In this document: positions 20,201 to 25,446 of the stretch, piece after piece
How the letters are laid out: every line of letters starts with the position of its first letter
Position numbering within the stretch: the first letter of the stretch is position 1
Virus record (IMG/VR): IMGVR_UViG_3300035703_000115
Location: 1-56,995 of that record
Strand: one strand, 5' to 3'
Source: a virus
Lineage: Duplodnaviria; Caudoviricetes
DNA length: 56,995 nucleotides
Notes under the pieces: model-generated
The model's input: the letters and a program-made list of their open reading frames with translations, nothing else
Told to the model about the DNA's origin: nothing
Databases searched by the model: none
Position numbers and translations under genes: made by a program

Positions 20201-20859
20201 CAAGCGCCTCTCTTGGAACGCCCAAGGCGATCCGCCTGGGCGAGGATGACAAGACCGGTCTGCCGGTGTACCTGGACGTGAGCAAGATCTTCCCCGGCGG
20301 CGATCTGTTGGATGTCACATCGAACGCCGGCGGCCTGCCGTGGCTGCAGCCGCTCACGCCTTCAAGTCCTGTGCTCAACGCGGCCGCGGCGCTGTTCTTC
20401 AACCGCGATCCGTTCTACGGCAAGGACCTGGTGGACAAGAACGACACCCCCGCAGAGGCCGCAGAGAAGCGCGCCGAATGGGCGTGGAAGCAGTTCTCGC
20501 CGGCCATCACGGTCTACAACTACCACTGGGACCGCGGCATGAACGTCTTGGCCAACGCCACCGGAACGGACATCCTGGGCTACACCGGGCGCGGCAAGGA
20601 CGGCATCCCGGTAGATGCGATGTACGCGGCCATGCAGACCTTCGGCATCAAGGCTCGGCCCATTGATCTGGAGAAGTCGGCCGACATCAACGCCAACAAG
20701 GAGAAGTCCATCATCCGCTCCATTGAGGCAGAAATTTCGCAACTCAAGCGCCTGGAGGCCAAGGGCGCAATGACCTCGGAGAAGGCTCAAAAGCAGATCG
20801 ACCTTGAGAACGAGAAGATCCAGCGCATGCGCGACAAGCAAACTGAGTCAGTTGATTGA
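8290..20859 (+). CDS. Giant polyvalent protein (probably virion-injected): ddrB-like ParB domain, zincin peptidase-like domain, TIDTHA domain, two ART-PolyVal-like domains, two BECR/LPD3-like RNase domains, EEIQSD domain, helical C-terminal region
   Basis: 4189 aa uninterrupted. Motifs: LQNRDR/YAVVDAADL/VAGNGR (~10372-11480); HELTH (~12259); VTIDTHA (~13654); FHGT..FFTS..GYDGII (~14320-15120); WHYYG..KLVVRE..YYD (~15555-15650); EEIQSDW (~16549); FKRWFG..YNGS..YFT..GYDGLI (~17430-18360) interrupted by YHIAAPV..ADVLIRED..MYVHEV. Confidence 0.85.
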   Translation: MRFDVNAARKAGYTDDEIADYLSEQRGFDIGSARESGYSSREVLDFLSKPEVKKPAVANTPAYVEEPINYDDAATSMAGTPSQSNGGGVLQRIGAALRPDQNRSVLEGYKQPEAERQAEVDRRLSYGQGPISQKVAADADRVRSARGTNDQIKFTSPTYESRVRGVVDAMDERGERSFGDLAALGRDGEIQRALTQSKADEFRSAGEWAIDTASNVMQGAVSLAQMPVNLIAPDGSLAESLRQTQKELQAEESDVLKASREVLKQRVMNEEGFFGQYAATVKQLITNPTLAISEGFKQLPMFLGIVGAARGGAAAGAAGVAAAGRVAPTVALADAIGGGALTARAAAIGSTVGGGAAAVTMAAGDAAGQTYEELTDPRRTPRETWEQNPDYQRLVAEGKSPDEAINELAVAKSRMAALVAAPLGILGFMGAEAAVAGRGIVQAARDALTFKGAAKSFGKETVGEQLEEGGTQAASNFAVSTVNPNKSILEGVPEAMALAGVTSTPFGAIGALSNYQQARAQLDSGPDVAALVSRDGQTAIDDRFGDTLRPERVAAERERLERMRRLSEAQSVDEAIELANEVANAPVAPQTPAAPAAPVNAGDDPVLSNVLTSLGALSNQPGGVNVGASNQPAPTATGGPGVGGGDVLGSLVADGRNPAAGLRGGDDAGGVPSVSSQGAVVLGGGAAGGGRPVVLQNRDRSTAASISQMNSIAAAPDYLRAGPSREMVTGAPVVFGDVPDFAALGRQETVVDGRGNRVAVQYAVVDAADLIPSNRADGTPVSEYEQGAAGKLRAVAGNGRTAGLQEAYNRGTAGAYQSEMMADLPNLGVDPAAVQSMQRPVLVRVMSQDDVTPDMGDRTNTAVTQNLSPVEQAANDVRRVDVRGFEFTDAGDPTPQTVRSFVFSLPESERGNLLNADGTPTRQAVDRLMGATFRAAYGNDGLVQLYAQATDPDARSVINAAAMAAGSMSSLVGSAPEFDIRGVVSDAIGMAVNASRQGVRLADYAANTDLTTDAYAADIARFLGENIRSPKKMAEGLRAMANFAAQQQQALVSNATNAGLFGDQPTASRQEIINAVFGQANGQPQVAARNAAVAQDGGQGAQRAATDPAGAGRVSVDGAAGSQAATGRNEQGSDQQGLTSPTVDQVLQQQDRAANEAELDQRDQVRRESEAGADQFTLQAQDGRVDNTGSLFSNDREQQDEDFLRTVFGAESGQAGQSNSGGGTTNSASRLPTVEGVGSVVQMKVGQTFQIRDQGQVHQVRVVDSKSSGVSSRALDIIAKVFGKRVVFVDPGTLDVDGFVRPDDNRNIYISVRSRINPLAVLGHELTHLLKRDNPQAYAALEAVVMRELREGAGKSFSAYYGPGANTEELVSDLVGNRLMDKDFLVKLFAEIQAQNPQGAQGIIAKLAAIINRVVSRFMELSKQAGFETDALVKRVAPIQDAVRQALKEYALQQGLRPAQMEVALARAGAGLSIEGAAPVRRSPVRPASADRADLNRSLGAQRVSPRLPTAVKATENPMGNDRLQPDLDSAKRDAVVFAHNINLMAQYPNFVNVGGSVDQMAEAMITQMKDNLVWLHNQWRPELRERSRLWYVGGNRISHRMASRFRTEPWRVAAVIAATSPQKDWFQNVSLAERILEAVVNNSQMAWTAQMTETVNSRDWGGKESRDLGFTPRNEISRLQGKTLRDLYDPQNPQSLLDMAVWVRAWDETYNPRMARVISPEGKFIDEFDSTKDGRPIGLRWQSFATIAKTLDILTAPDRATVSSMIGSNHKVRSFYNNIIAPFDDEDVTIDTHAVAAALMRPLGSSATEVAHNFGTNEKGMPGPKNSAITGLFGTYPIYAEAYRRAAREVGVLPREMQSITWEAVRGLFRPEQKNERIKGEADRIWREVSEGELDVNEARQQISGLVGGIQDPAWVRSPAGSNEAARDSSYAGGVPEDGVPGRGAQPGAARGDGRDASATPASLSRGRRVAPNPDSANFKRWSGNAPLITSAAAVDHVFKTGQKVVLEGFHGTGRGDRVGTVFQRKRATSGPMAFFTSSPVLASSYAQGKPDTSRALEDNPFESWFKFKGKGMRTAVNLDRAWYFLDQESKAKIAKRMPDIRTDDDGNIVYEEGGGDLGNYDWELKQTKSAYLREGNPLKAAVESWLSSGSIYGDEGSFRQVLRLAGFPMDALDYDNPQETYPFVYKVYVSMLNPLVTSDIPKEVDDALRAAAAKDRSKAKSQFGVDSWDKNTRTLKEWVGEYLNPSNGDNRYVWTSIPDKVTEVFKSLGYDGIIDYSGKNGSTEVAPVYIPFEEGQVKSALSNSGEFDRSKKDIQASRSRERLLSMPAVPVSPLPDGMALGDLRVLASERYKAAAKLGPVRMKDDRAVLLTSVGMKKSRSHSADKRVLDLMGSIREVLGAAEPVASIPHQKENPGDSIRAWHYYGAKVDIDGEEAFAKLVVRESVNGEIYYDTDLSGVEDISGRAGDAARSKTGAAAVSADKRTLADLLGAGNLGSEVELSRGRSEIGFYSALSEGIDGIKVSAAPAAGWRDAIKGLVNKGAAKADEVEWSGVNDFLSLQAGKVTKQQVLDYLGANGVRVEEVVLGGNTALTPSEQTEMDELLDLRRRYEEGEAGVYEAADADRLEELMRKRMQDAEDVALPKYGQYTLPGGENYREVLLTLPDRRELPEGYKVKNDPDYGWMVESPEGGMVWQGRTREEAVANARSSPTVLGQKQPDKSYRSSHWDQPNVIAHIRVNDRTDADGKRVLFVEEIQSDWGQEGKKKGFAEKSPRPVRVFDRRTGAEVARFNTGREAEEFIASEDPRMDRLEYEEDQGRNSGIPSAPYVTKTEGWLNLSLKRVMIMAAEGGYDKVAFVNGEQSADRYDLSKQISKVRYEDRSIQGSGKPTLDGSPESGEFYAYDLEGNLQINRRLNDPVKELPDLIGKQLAERLLNAEPTEARGYGGGFRRREVSGVDLKVGGEGMKTFYDTIVPTALKKLLPKVGGGQMSNVDVVLQEAYERDPEGFPAKIAAQPGFDVTPEMVQKVSDGVPLFSRGRNSQIDTPEFKRWFGDWEAVMHRVFLDGPPVASVAGDTFSSDGVPLTEKVPKWYAERGFSTVDVAGIGPVSLDEKAVKNSLSHGIGRDKAAAFAVVPDVLLKGRIIHRERHDGGRDTDMVYHIAAPVRIGGRDFIADVLIREDSNIRRMYVHEVVLKEKLQQSAFKTSADAVETGVRAGAGAGAMRSVLQRVFTVNPATVSKVVDADGKPMEVYNGSPDGIEAFEEGRDAYFTSSRRLAEEYTDRRGMWLSKGANPTVTSAYLSIQNPLVIDALGKRNDNIPVPWQEWSPKVFGRLPDGAVSVEAAAKRAREMGYDGLIVRNVVDSATTDGKTKGDVFVAFSPEQIRESTGDSSDITKSSGRATSDLDLIAKRDEMGRLKFGLGSKAYSLVAEVANNVLDRVRMKPISEDLARAMLKMKVAIEQAQERTVDVAKSMSELDPAERQMISDVIEQELTAGVVPPTRVLQIAATLQGIMSEQSKELIDLGMLRQEDADRWDGRYIPRFYEQTLGKEASAWMKAVKQLFTRPRAMMGIKGNNLKSRGLWETIPADELASWTANGWEARDPAFDPATSTEVRIWRDYTRPERDGMGEIRDAMFRFVMGYQKAQRDIALGKMYRHINQTMASSVEKDGFVRVPDSSIDGVDVPSYGELAGKWVPREVLDHLSAFDSTQRNALTRFYQKALSYWKEGKVVLNPVSHANNILSNLTMAHFAGVSYWDGGKYMAALRDMVKGSPMLDEAKDAGLFVGSFNQAEIAKALPEELKLLAGKSESKAGQAVDFAFTAMTFFLRKPMNMAYEVEDQYFRYLLYRDARQRGMEPEDAVRHSQRHIFTYDDLPQGARVVRDTALPFFAYTYKVIPVLAKTALEYPHRYAMPAAILYTLNALGFAMAAGDEDDDWMEIIRKYATDADFRKKVSDLEGQERENLPPWMQGASASLGTPKAIRLGEDDKTGLPVYLDVSKIFPGGDLLDVTSNAGGLPWLQPLTPSSPVLNAAAALFFNRDPFYGKDLVDKNDTPAEAAEKRAEWAWKQFSPAITVYNYHWDRGMNVLANATGTDILGYTGRGKDGIPVDAMYAAMQTFGIKARPIDLEKSADINANKEKSIIRSIEAEISQLKRLEAKGAMTSEKAQKQIDLENEKIQRMRDKQTESVD
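10163..10369 (+). CDS. Nested small ORF 1 (68 aa) in the +1 frame of the giant gene
   Basis: AGGAGG 5 nt before the ATG; nearly all codons end in G/C in this frame, while the host frame becomes Gly-rich filler with A/T-ending codons. Confidence 0.7.
   Translation: MSGHQISLHPQLQEALELGAVTFSEAWLLMDEILLQDCEVVMMPAEYLVLVAKVQLCWAEVPPGVVVQ
11510..11704 (+). CDS. Nested small ORF 2 (64 aa) in the +1 frame of the giant gene
   Basis: AGGAG 7 nt before the ATG; helical-looking product MPSSDKP...EAKRRLDEMSKAQTSKD; begins just after the ParB-like domain. Confidence 0.6.
   Translation: MPSSDKPTVNPKSLLETPQWRRMAVKVLNGQQPTQQEQDEFQSMALQEAKRRLDEMSKAQTSKD
13976..14185 (+). CDS. Nested small ORF 3 (69 aa) in the +1 frame of the giant gene
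   Basis: GAGGGAG 6 nt before the ATG; product includes DPLLEVMKQRGIPLTQEEYLKMAYPEG; its stop coincides with the SRGR module junction. Confidence 0.7.
   Translation: MSTKRGSKSLAWLVASKTPPGSDPLLEVMKQRGIPLTQEEYLKMAYPEGVPNPVPPEVMAEMPAQLRQA
15668..15738 (-). ncRNA. Candidate antisense structured sRNA 1, downstream of RNase-like domain 1
   Basis: Closing stem GUCAGCGG/CCGCUGAU, inner GCUGCC/GGCAGC, and CCCGG-UUUUGGA-UCGGG; G-U pairs form only on the minus strand; the 5' end lies 7 nt from a predicted -10. Confidence 0.55.
15745..15773 (-). promoter_or_regulatory. Antisense sigma70-like promoter TTGCCC-N17-TAGAGT
   Basis: Reverse complements of gggcaa (15768-15773) and actcta (15745-15750), 17-bp spacer. 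Confidence 0.55.
17872..17954 (-). ncRNA. Candidate antisense structured sRNA 2, downstream of RNase-like domain 2
   Basis: Closing stem GCUCCAGCA/UGCUGGAGU, inner CCGC/GCGG and CCAG/CUGG, CAGU-UUCG-ACUG tetraloop, 3' UUUUUCUUU tail. Confidence 0.6.
17962..17990 (-). promoter_or_regulatory. Antisense sigma70-like promoter TTGACG-N17-CACACT
   Basis: Reverse complements of cgtcaa (17985-17990) and agtgtg (17962-17967), 17-bp spacer. Confidence 0.5.
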
Positions 20860-20891
20860 ACAGAACCGGAATCCCCTGTCAATAGGGTGAA

Positions 20892-20919
20892 TTGACACTT
20901 CCTGCAAAAACGCTATCAT
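20892..20919 (+). promoter_or_regulatory. Sigma70 promoter TTGACA-N16-TATCAT, overlapped by a 10-bp inverted repeat
   Basis: Near-consensus boxes; IR AAACGCTATC (20908-20917) / GATAGCGTTT (20930-20939). Confidence 0.7.
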
Positions 20920-20949
20920 TTGTACTGTCGATAGCGTTTCTTCTCAATG

Positions 20950-20990
20950 GCCCTGCGGAATTACAAGTTCTGGCAGGGCTTTTGTCTTTC
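20950..20990 (+). terminator. Intrinsic terminator between the promoter and the moron ORF
   Basis: GCCCTGC...GCAGGGC stem followed by TTTTGTCTTT. Confidence 0.7.
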
Positions 20991-21002
20991 AGGAGGTGAA
21001 CC

Positions 21003-21236
21003 ATGAAGTTCAGCGAAGCAATCGACCATCTTCGCTTGGGCCATCTGGTCCAGCATCAAGATTGGGAGCCCACGAGCAAACTGTGGTGGTGTGACCAGAT
21101 GCAGATCCTGCGCGTGTCCACGCGGCGCGGCGACTTCATCTTTCGCATTGAGTCGGCCGACCTGATGAGTGACGGCTGGCGACTGTGCGCGCCCGAGCAC
21201 GATGTGCTGCTCCACGAAGAGGCCGCCTGGGTGTGA
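21003..21236 (+). CDS. DUF2829/Tad2-like protein (possible immune-signal sponge)
   Basis: MKFSEAIDHLRLGHLV...W and SADLMSDGW resemble the Tad2/DUF2829 pattern F.EAL..L..G..V.R..W ... S.D+LA.DW; SD AGGAGG. Confidence 0.5.
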   Translation: MKFSEAIDHLRLGHLVQHQDWEPTSKLWWCDQMQILRVSTRRGDFIFRIESADLMSDGWRLCAPEHDVLLHEEAAWV

Positions 21237-21266
21237 CCTAGTACCTAGGCACCAAATGCTCATCGC

Positions 21267-21482
21267 TTGCATGATGTTGGTGTGGGCGTGGACGCGATCC
21301 GTGTTTCTTCGTTGACTGAAAGACTCCCGGCTGGCCTGAGGATCGGCACGCCCACGCCTCCTGCCGAAGCGGGCAACCCGCTGAATATCCCGGCCAGGAT
21401 TAAACAGGCCGAGGATGTGCGCCTCTACAACGAGCGCAGGGGGTACGTTCCGGGGCAGGGGAACGTCATTGGTGTGGCCTGA
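21267..21482 (+). CDS. Hypothetical protein
   Basis: 71-aa ORF only; start site uncertain. Confidence 0.3.
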   Translation: MHDVGVGVDAIRVSSLTERLPAGLRIGTPTPPAEAGNPLNIPARIKQAEDVRLYNERRGYVPGQGNVIGVA

Positions 21483-21486
21483 AAAC

Positions 21487-21716
21487 CGTGGGAATACCCC
21501 GGCTGCAGGCCGCATAAACACTAGGCAATTTTTGTGGCCTGGTTTCCCACGAATCGTGCTGCAACCCGCATGAATGCTAGGTTCGGCGAATCGGACTCTT
21601 AATCCGTTGGTCGAGTGTTCGAGTCACTCAGGGCCCACCACATTCATGCGCTTTTGCCGGTAAGCGCACGCTAACTTATCACGCCAAAATTTCCCACCGT
21701 TTCCCGCGTGGGAAAT
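21487..21716. repeat. Putative integrase arm-type sites (TTTCCCAC/GTGGGAA repeats) and an IR flanking the att core
   Basis: cgtgggaa 21487, tttcccacg 21543, atttcccac 21689, tttcccgcgtgggaaa 21700-21715; cgcatgaatg / cattcatgcg bracket the core. Confidence 0.6.
21592..21640 (+). other. attP core: 3' half of tRNA-Lys(CTT)
   Basis: CGGA-CTCTTAA-TCCG anticodon arm, GAGTG-TTCGAGT-CACTC T-arm and GGGCCCACCA end; no D-arm or 5' acceptor strand; adjacent to the integrase 3' end. Confidence 0.9.
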
Positions 21717-21723
21717 GGACGGC

Positions 21724-22761
21724 TCAAAGTGCCTTGCGCCTGGACGCTGCCGAGCGGTCGTAAACCTTGGCCGTGGTGGTCGGGCTGGCGTGGATTTCGG
21801 GCAGTGTTCCAAGCTGTTCCTTGTGGGCCGTGACGTAGTGCGCCCGCAGATCGTGGAAGGTGAATTTGCGCCGGATGACCTTGGCGTCCAGCGCGGCCTT
21901 GATGAACTTCTGCCACTGCGCGGCGAACCCGAAATAGGTGTACGCATTGCCGTGCTGATTGCGGAACACCGTGCCCTCGCGCGGGTTGGTTGCAAGCGCC
22001 CGCATCCTGCCCAGCAGTTCGCGCATGGCGGGGCTGATCTCAATGCGCTCAACACGCTCATCGCGTCCACGCTGTTTGCTGCGCTTCAGACGCACTTCGG
22101 TGCTGGTCACCTGAGTCCATGTCATGTCGAGGAATTCGGCCTGACGGGAGCCTGCCAACGCAGCGAATTCAGCCGCCCCGCAGATGATCAGACTCTGCCC
22201 GCCACGGGCTTGAGCAAATGCCGCCAGGGCCTTGAGGTCTGCTGTCTCGGGAGAGACAGTGCGCGGCCTCTCTTTGTTGCGCTTGACTTGCCGCTCACGG
22301 CAGGGATTGACCAGCGCCTCCCCCCTCTCAATGGCTAGACCGATCAGGATGCTCAACAGCGAAATCTCGCGGTTGGCACGCACTGGGGCGTCAGACCTCT
22401 CCACGCGCAAATATTGCGCGATCATGGGCGCGGTGATGTCGGCGGCCTGCATGGCTCCGAAAACCCGCAGCACCGCGACCGAGTAGGCCGTGTAGTCCTG
22501 CTGTGTGCGGGGCTTGAGATCACGCCACAGTGGTGTGAGTTGGTAGGTGTCCCACAGACCCGCTATCGTGCCGATGGCGGGGCCGCTGCGGGTGAGGTCA
22601 AGCACCTTGCGGATCGCCGCCTCGCGGTCTGTGCCGAGGTTGATTGGCTTGCCGCGCAGGGGGTGGTAGCGGTAGGTGACGGTCTTTCCATCCTTCCAAG
22701 GCCGCGCCTCCATCAGCGGCAACAAGCCTTGAGCACTGGCGCGGTCTTTGGGTCGGATCAT
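21724..22761 (-). CDS. int: Tyrosine integrase
   Basis: GSRQAEF (R), FHDLRAH (HxxR), H...VY (catalytic Tyr); next to attP. The start could also be 22776. Confidence 0.92.
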   Translation of the reverse strand: MIRPKDRASAQGLLPLMEARPWKDGKTVTYRYHPLRGKPINLGTDREAAIRKVLDLTRSGPAIGTIAGLWDTYQLTPLWRDLKPRTQQDYTAYSVAVLRVFGAMQAADITAPMIAQYLRVERSDAPVRANREISLLSILIGLAIERGEALVNPCRERQVKRNKERPRTVSPETADLKALAAFAQARGGQSLIICGAAEFAALAGSRQAEFLDMTWTQVTSTEVRLKRSKQRGRDERVERIEISPAMRELLGRMRALATNPREGTVFRNQHGNAYTYFGFAAQWQKFIKAALDAKVIRRKFTFHDLRAHYVTAHKEQLGTLPEIHASPTTTAKVYDRSAASRRKAL

Positions 22762-22970
22762 GCTGACACTCTCCATTTCGGCCCATTGACGGGCGTTGCC
22801 TGGGCCATATTACGCCTGTCCCAATCTGCCCTTCGCACCAGAGGCTTGCCGTTGGGCTTCACATCGACCGGCAGGCCAAGTCCGCGCAGGAAGCGAACCT
22901 GGGCGTGGCCCTGTACCAGCGGCTCGCAGATCGCGTCAATCTCTTGCTGAGTGAGGATAGGCAGGCTCAT
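22758..22970 (-). CDS. Putative excisionase, DUF4224-like
   Basis: LTQQEIDAIC...AQVRFLRGLGLP...GKPLVRR; overlaps the int start. Confidence 0.7.
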   Translation of the reverse strand: MSLPILTQQEIDAICEPLVQGHAQVRFLRGLGLPVDVKPNGKPLVRRADWDRRNMAQATPVNGPKWRVSA

Positions 22971-23170
22971 GCTGTTTCCTTCTTGAGCGGACGCCACGGC
23001 TTGCCCTGCAAGGAGGCAGACCGCCCGGTCGTGATGTTGAACCAGATGCCGTCCCGGTACTCTTCGATTGATGGGCTCAGGTGGTCGGCGTAGAGGCGTT
23101 CGTACAAGCCGTTCTTGGTCGGCTTGGTCGTCCGGTTCCAATCGTCGCGTTTCATTCGGTTGTCAGCCAT
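22967..23170 (-). CDS. Hypothetical protein
   Basis: Coupled to its neighbours in the early left operon. Confidence 0.55.
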   Translation of the reverse strand: MADNRMKRDDWNRTTKPTKNGLYERLYADHLSPSIEEYRDGIWFNITTGRSASLQGKPWRPLKKETA

Positions 23171-23402
23171 GCTGCCCCCGTGCGGCCAGCATCGCGTCGG
23201 CCATGTGCCACGCTGTAGTCGCATAGATCACATCGTCGCCGTCACCCAGCTTCGACCAATCGCCGCTGTGCGCCATCAGTCCTTGCAGTGCTGCGGCTGC
23301 GAAGTAGTCCCTGAGCGATAGCCCTTGCGCGTGCTCTGCCGGCGTGGTGCTGTGCGTGTGCGCGGTGCTTGGGAATGCGGGGCCGCCGTTGTTTGTGGTC
23401 AT
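23163..23402 (-). CDS. Conserved phage protein (GGPAFP...GLSLRDYFAA family)
   Basis: Recognisable motif ending ADAMLAAR; SD AAGGAG. Confidence 0.75.
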   Translation of the reverse strand: MTTNNGGPAFPSTAHTHSTTPAEHAQGLSLRDYFAAAALQGLMAHSGDWSKLGDGDDVIYATTAWHMADAMLAARGQHG

Positions 23403-23542
23403 GTGCTCTCCTTCATTTCCAGCCAGCGGTTGAGGAACGCGAACGCGACCAATGCGCCACTCAGCACCACAGCGACCTCATAGGTCATGTGAGGCGCAAC
23501 GAAGATCGCAGCGCACAGAAACATTCCATCAACGCGGGTCAT
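23399..23542 (-). CDS. Small membrane protein (47 aa)
   Basis: Manually translated MTRVDGMFLCAAIFVAP...; ATGA overlaps on both sides. Confidence 0.55.
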   Translation of the reverse strand: MTRVDGMFLCAAIFVAPHMTYEVAVVLSGALVAFAFLNRWLEMKEST

Positions 23543-24030
23543 GCGCTCTCCTTCAAGCGGTCGCGCAGGGCGGTGATGGCAGCATTCACGGCTTGCTCAT
23601 CAATCACGCCGGGGTGATCGGCTTCGGTTTCCAAAGCGTCCAAACACTGCCGCAGCAGGGCGGTGTCGTCTACGGGACGGGTGTAGAGGGGACCCCAGCC
23701 GTCCTCGTCTGGTCGTTGTTTGCCCCACACGACTTCGGGTTCGTCAAGACCAATCGCACGACCATCATCATCTTCAATAAAACTTGCTCGGCTCCACGCC
23801 ACCGGCTCCTGCCAAGGCTCCGCAATTCCACGCGCACAAGTTGCGCACAACTTGGCTCGCTCACAAGTCTCGCCACACTGATTGAGTGGTTCAGACTCCG
23901 ACAGTGCGGTGCGGAGGGCGGCGACTGTCTTGTTAAGATTGCTCCCCGGAACTAGCTTAAATATAGAACTTGCGTTTTGTGTTTCGATAAGTTTCAACGC
24001 CATCTGCGCTGCTTCTCTCAGTGTTGTCAT
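23539..24030 (-). CDS. Hypothetical protein (mosaic early gene)
   Basis: LREAAQMAL, EPVAW, PLYT and AITALRDRL motifs typical of phage early ORFs; AT-rich insert near the 5' end. Confidence 0.65.
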   Translation of the reverse strand: MTTLREAAQMALKLIETQNASSIFKLVPGSNLNKTVAALRTALSESEPLNQCGETCERAKLCATCARGIAEPWQEPVAWSRASFIEDDDGRAIGLDEPEVVWGKQRPDEDGWGPLYTRPVDDTALLRQCLDALETEADHPGVIDEQAVNAAITALRDRLKESA

Positions 24031-24257
24031 GCTTCACCTCCTGCATCGGACTCGCGCTTCGTCACGGAGACGTCCCACACGTAGTCCCCGCTGCGGATCT
24101 GGAAAGCCCCGCCGTGGAATTCAGCCTTGCTGATGAGTGCGCCCATGACGTCACTGGTCACATCACGCTTCTCGCCGATGAAGTGGGTTCCGGTTTTGTT
24201 GACGCGACCGGTGTAGATCGTGCCCGTCAGAGGGCTGCACGCAATTCGGGTGCTCAT
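24027..24257 (-). CDS. Conserved phage hypothetical protein
   Basis: SPLTGTIYTGR...KRDVT motif; coupled to neighbours. Confidence 0.65.
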   Translation of the reverse strand: MSTRIACSPLTGTIYTGRVNKTGTHFIGEKRDVTSDVMGALISKAEFHGGAFQIRSGDYVWDVSVTKRESDAGGEA

Positions 24258-24532
24258 GCTTGCTCTCCTGTAGCCTTTGCGATGGCTGCGCGGGCTTTGG
24301 CTGCTGCGTCGCTGCCGTATGCCGGGGCTTCTTCCCAGTTCGTCAGCATTGCCTTCAACGCCTCCAACAACTCAGGCGCGGCTGCGATCAGGCGGGCGTT
24401 GGCTTCTGCCTGCTCACGCGGGATGGTGTCCCAATCTTCAACCCGTGTAATCGCCACATACTCACCAGCGGACTCGGCCCAAATCTGATGCGGATCATCG
24501 ACGCTCCACGGCCCCGGTGTGTGTTTGCTCAT
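24254..24532 (-). CDS. HTPGPW-family phage protein
   Basis: MSKHTPGPW...ANARLIAAAPELLEAL...AIAKATG. Confidence 0.75.
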   Translation of the reverse strand: MSKHTPGPWSVDDPHQIWAESAGEYVAITRVEDWDTIPREQAEANARLIAAAPELLEALKAMLTNWEEAPAYGSDAAAKARAAIAKATGEQA

Positions 24533-24822
24533 TTGGTTTCTCCTGCCTTGGCGATGGCTGCGTCGATTCGCGAAACGAACTCAAACATTTCCGGCTCGAC
24601 TTTCAGTTCTTCGCGGGCCTCAATCAGCAATTCAAGCAGTTCCGCATTCACCGCATGAAGGCGGCGCAGTTCGGCAGCGCATCGGTTGTGCATGTTGGTG
24701 TTGTATGACCTCGCCCAGTCAGCCAAGCGCAGGGCAAGGGTGGGCGCTGCCGATACCGGCCCGGTCTGTTCACCACCGCCTGACGGCAATGGATCAGCAG
24801 CGCCCGAATTCAGTTCACTCAT
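24529..24822 (-). CDS. Hypothetical protein
   Basis: ALRLAD...AAELRRLHAVNAELLE motif; coupled to neighbours. Confidence 0.6.
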   Translation of the reverse strand: MSELNSGAADPLPSGGGEQTGPVSAAPTLALRLADWARSYNTNMHNRCAAELRRLHAVNAELLELLIEAREELKVEPEMFEFVSRIDAAIAKAGETK

Positions 24823-25057
24823 CGTCATCCTCCACCTCCACCACCTTGTCCGCAATACACGCGATGACGTCCTCCAATCGCACCACCGTGTAGCCGTCCA
24901 CCATTCCCCTGCGGTGAAGCGTCTGCACCCGGCGCATCAGGTTGTGCTGCATCAGGCGCAGCGCGGCCAGTTGACGAATCAACTCCTCGCCCTGCGTGAT
25001 GATTTCGCTCGGCGGCACGGGGTCACCCAGCCGCAGTCGCGCTAAGAGTTGCTGCAT
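24815..25057 (-). CDS. Hypothetical protein
   Basis: Tiles within the operon. Confidence 0.5.
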   Translation of the reverse strand: MQQLLARLRLGDPVPPSEIITQGEELIRQLAALRLMQHNLMRRVQTLHRRGMVDGYTVVRLEDVIACIADKVVEVEDDDE

Positions 25058-25341
25058 GAAAACTTTCTTTCAAGGAATGAAGCCAAGTCGCGGCTGACCT
25101 TTTTGGGGGTCGTCCAACCGGACGGGCCTTGATGATTCGTTGGTGCGGTGCGTCCGCGAAGGTTGTGACCAGCGCGGCTGGCCGTTCGAGGGTCAAGCAC
25201 CTCAACCTGACCGGGGCGCTTGACTGCTTTCCATCGGTGAGCGCATTCCAAGCAAATGCGAGTTCGTACAACAACATCATTTGATTTGCGCCTTGTCTCA
25301 ATGACGGCCATTCGCAGCCCCTGACAACTCGGACACTTCAT
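25042..25341 (-). CDS. Zinc-ribbon protein (NrdR N-terminus-like)
   Basis: MKCPSC...VIETR...RTRICLECAHRW. Confidence 0.6.
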   Translation of the reverse strand: MKCPSCQGLRMAVIETRRKSNDVVVRTRICLECAHRWKAVKRPGQVEVLDPRTASRAGHNLRGRTAPTNHQGPSGWTTPKKVSRDLASFLERKFSCSNS

Positions 25342-25344
25342 ACT

Positions 25345-25446
25345 TCACCAAAACTTCACAACCACGAAACCCAACACCGCCAAGGCAGCGATTGCCAACA
25401 CGAACAACCGGCCCAATACCTCCAGGCCATCGTCTTCATCGCGCAT
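25345..25446 (-). CDS. Small single-TM peptide (33 aa)
   Basis: MRDEDDGLEVLGRLFVLAIAALAVLGFVVVKFW fills the gap between two genes; SD GAGG. Confidence 0.45.
   Translation of the reverse strand: MRDEDDGLEVLGRLFVLAIAALAVLGFVVVKFW

Noticed and set aside
21565-21640. Complete tRNA-Lys gene
   Set aside because: Only the anticodon arm through CCA is present; the upstream sequence cannot form the D-arm or acceptor stem. It is the attP core.
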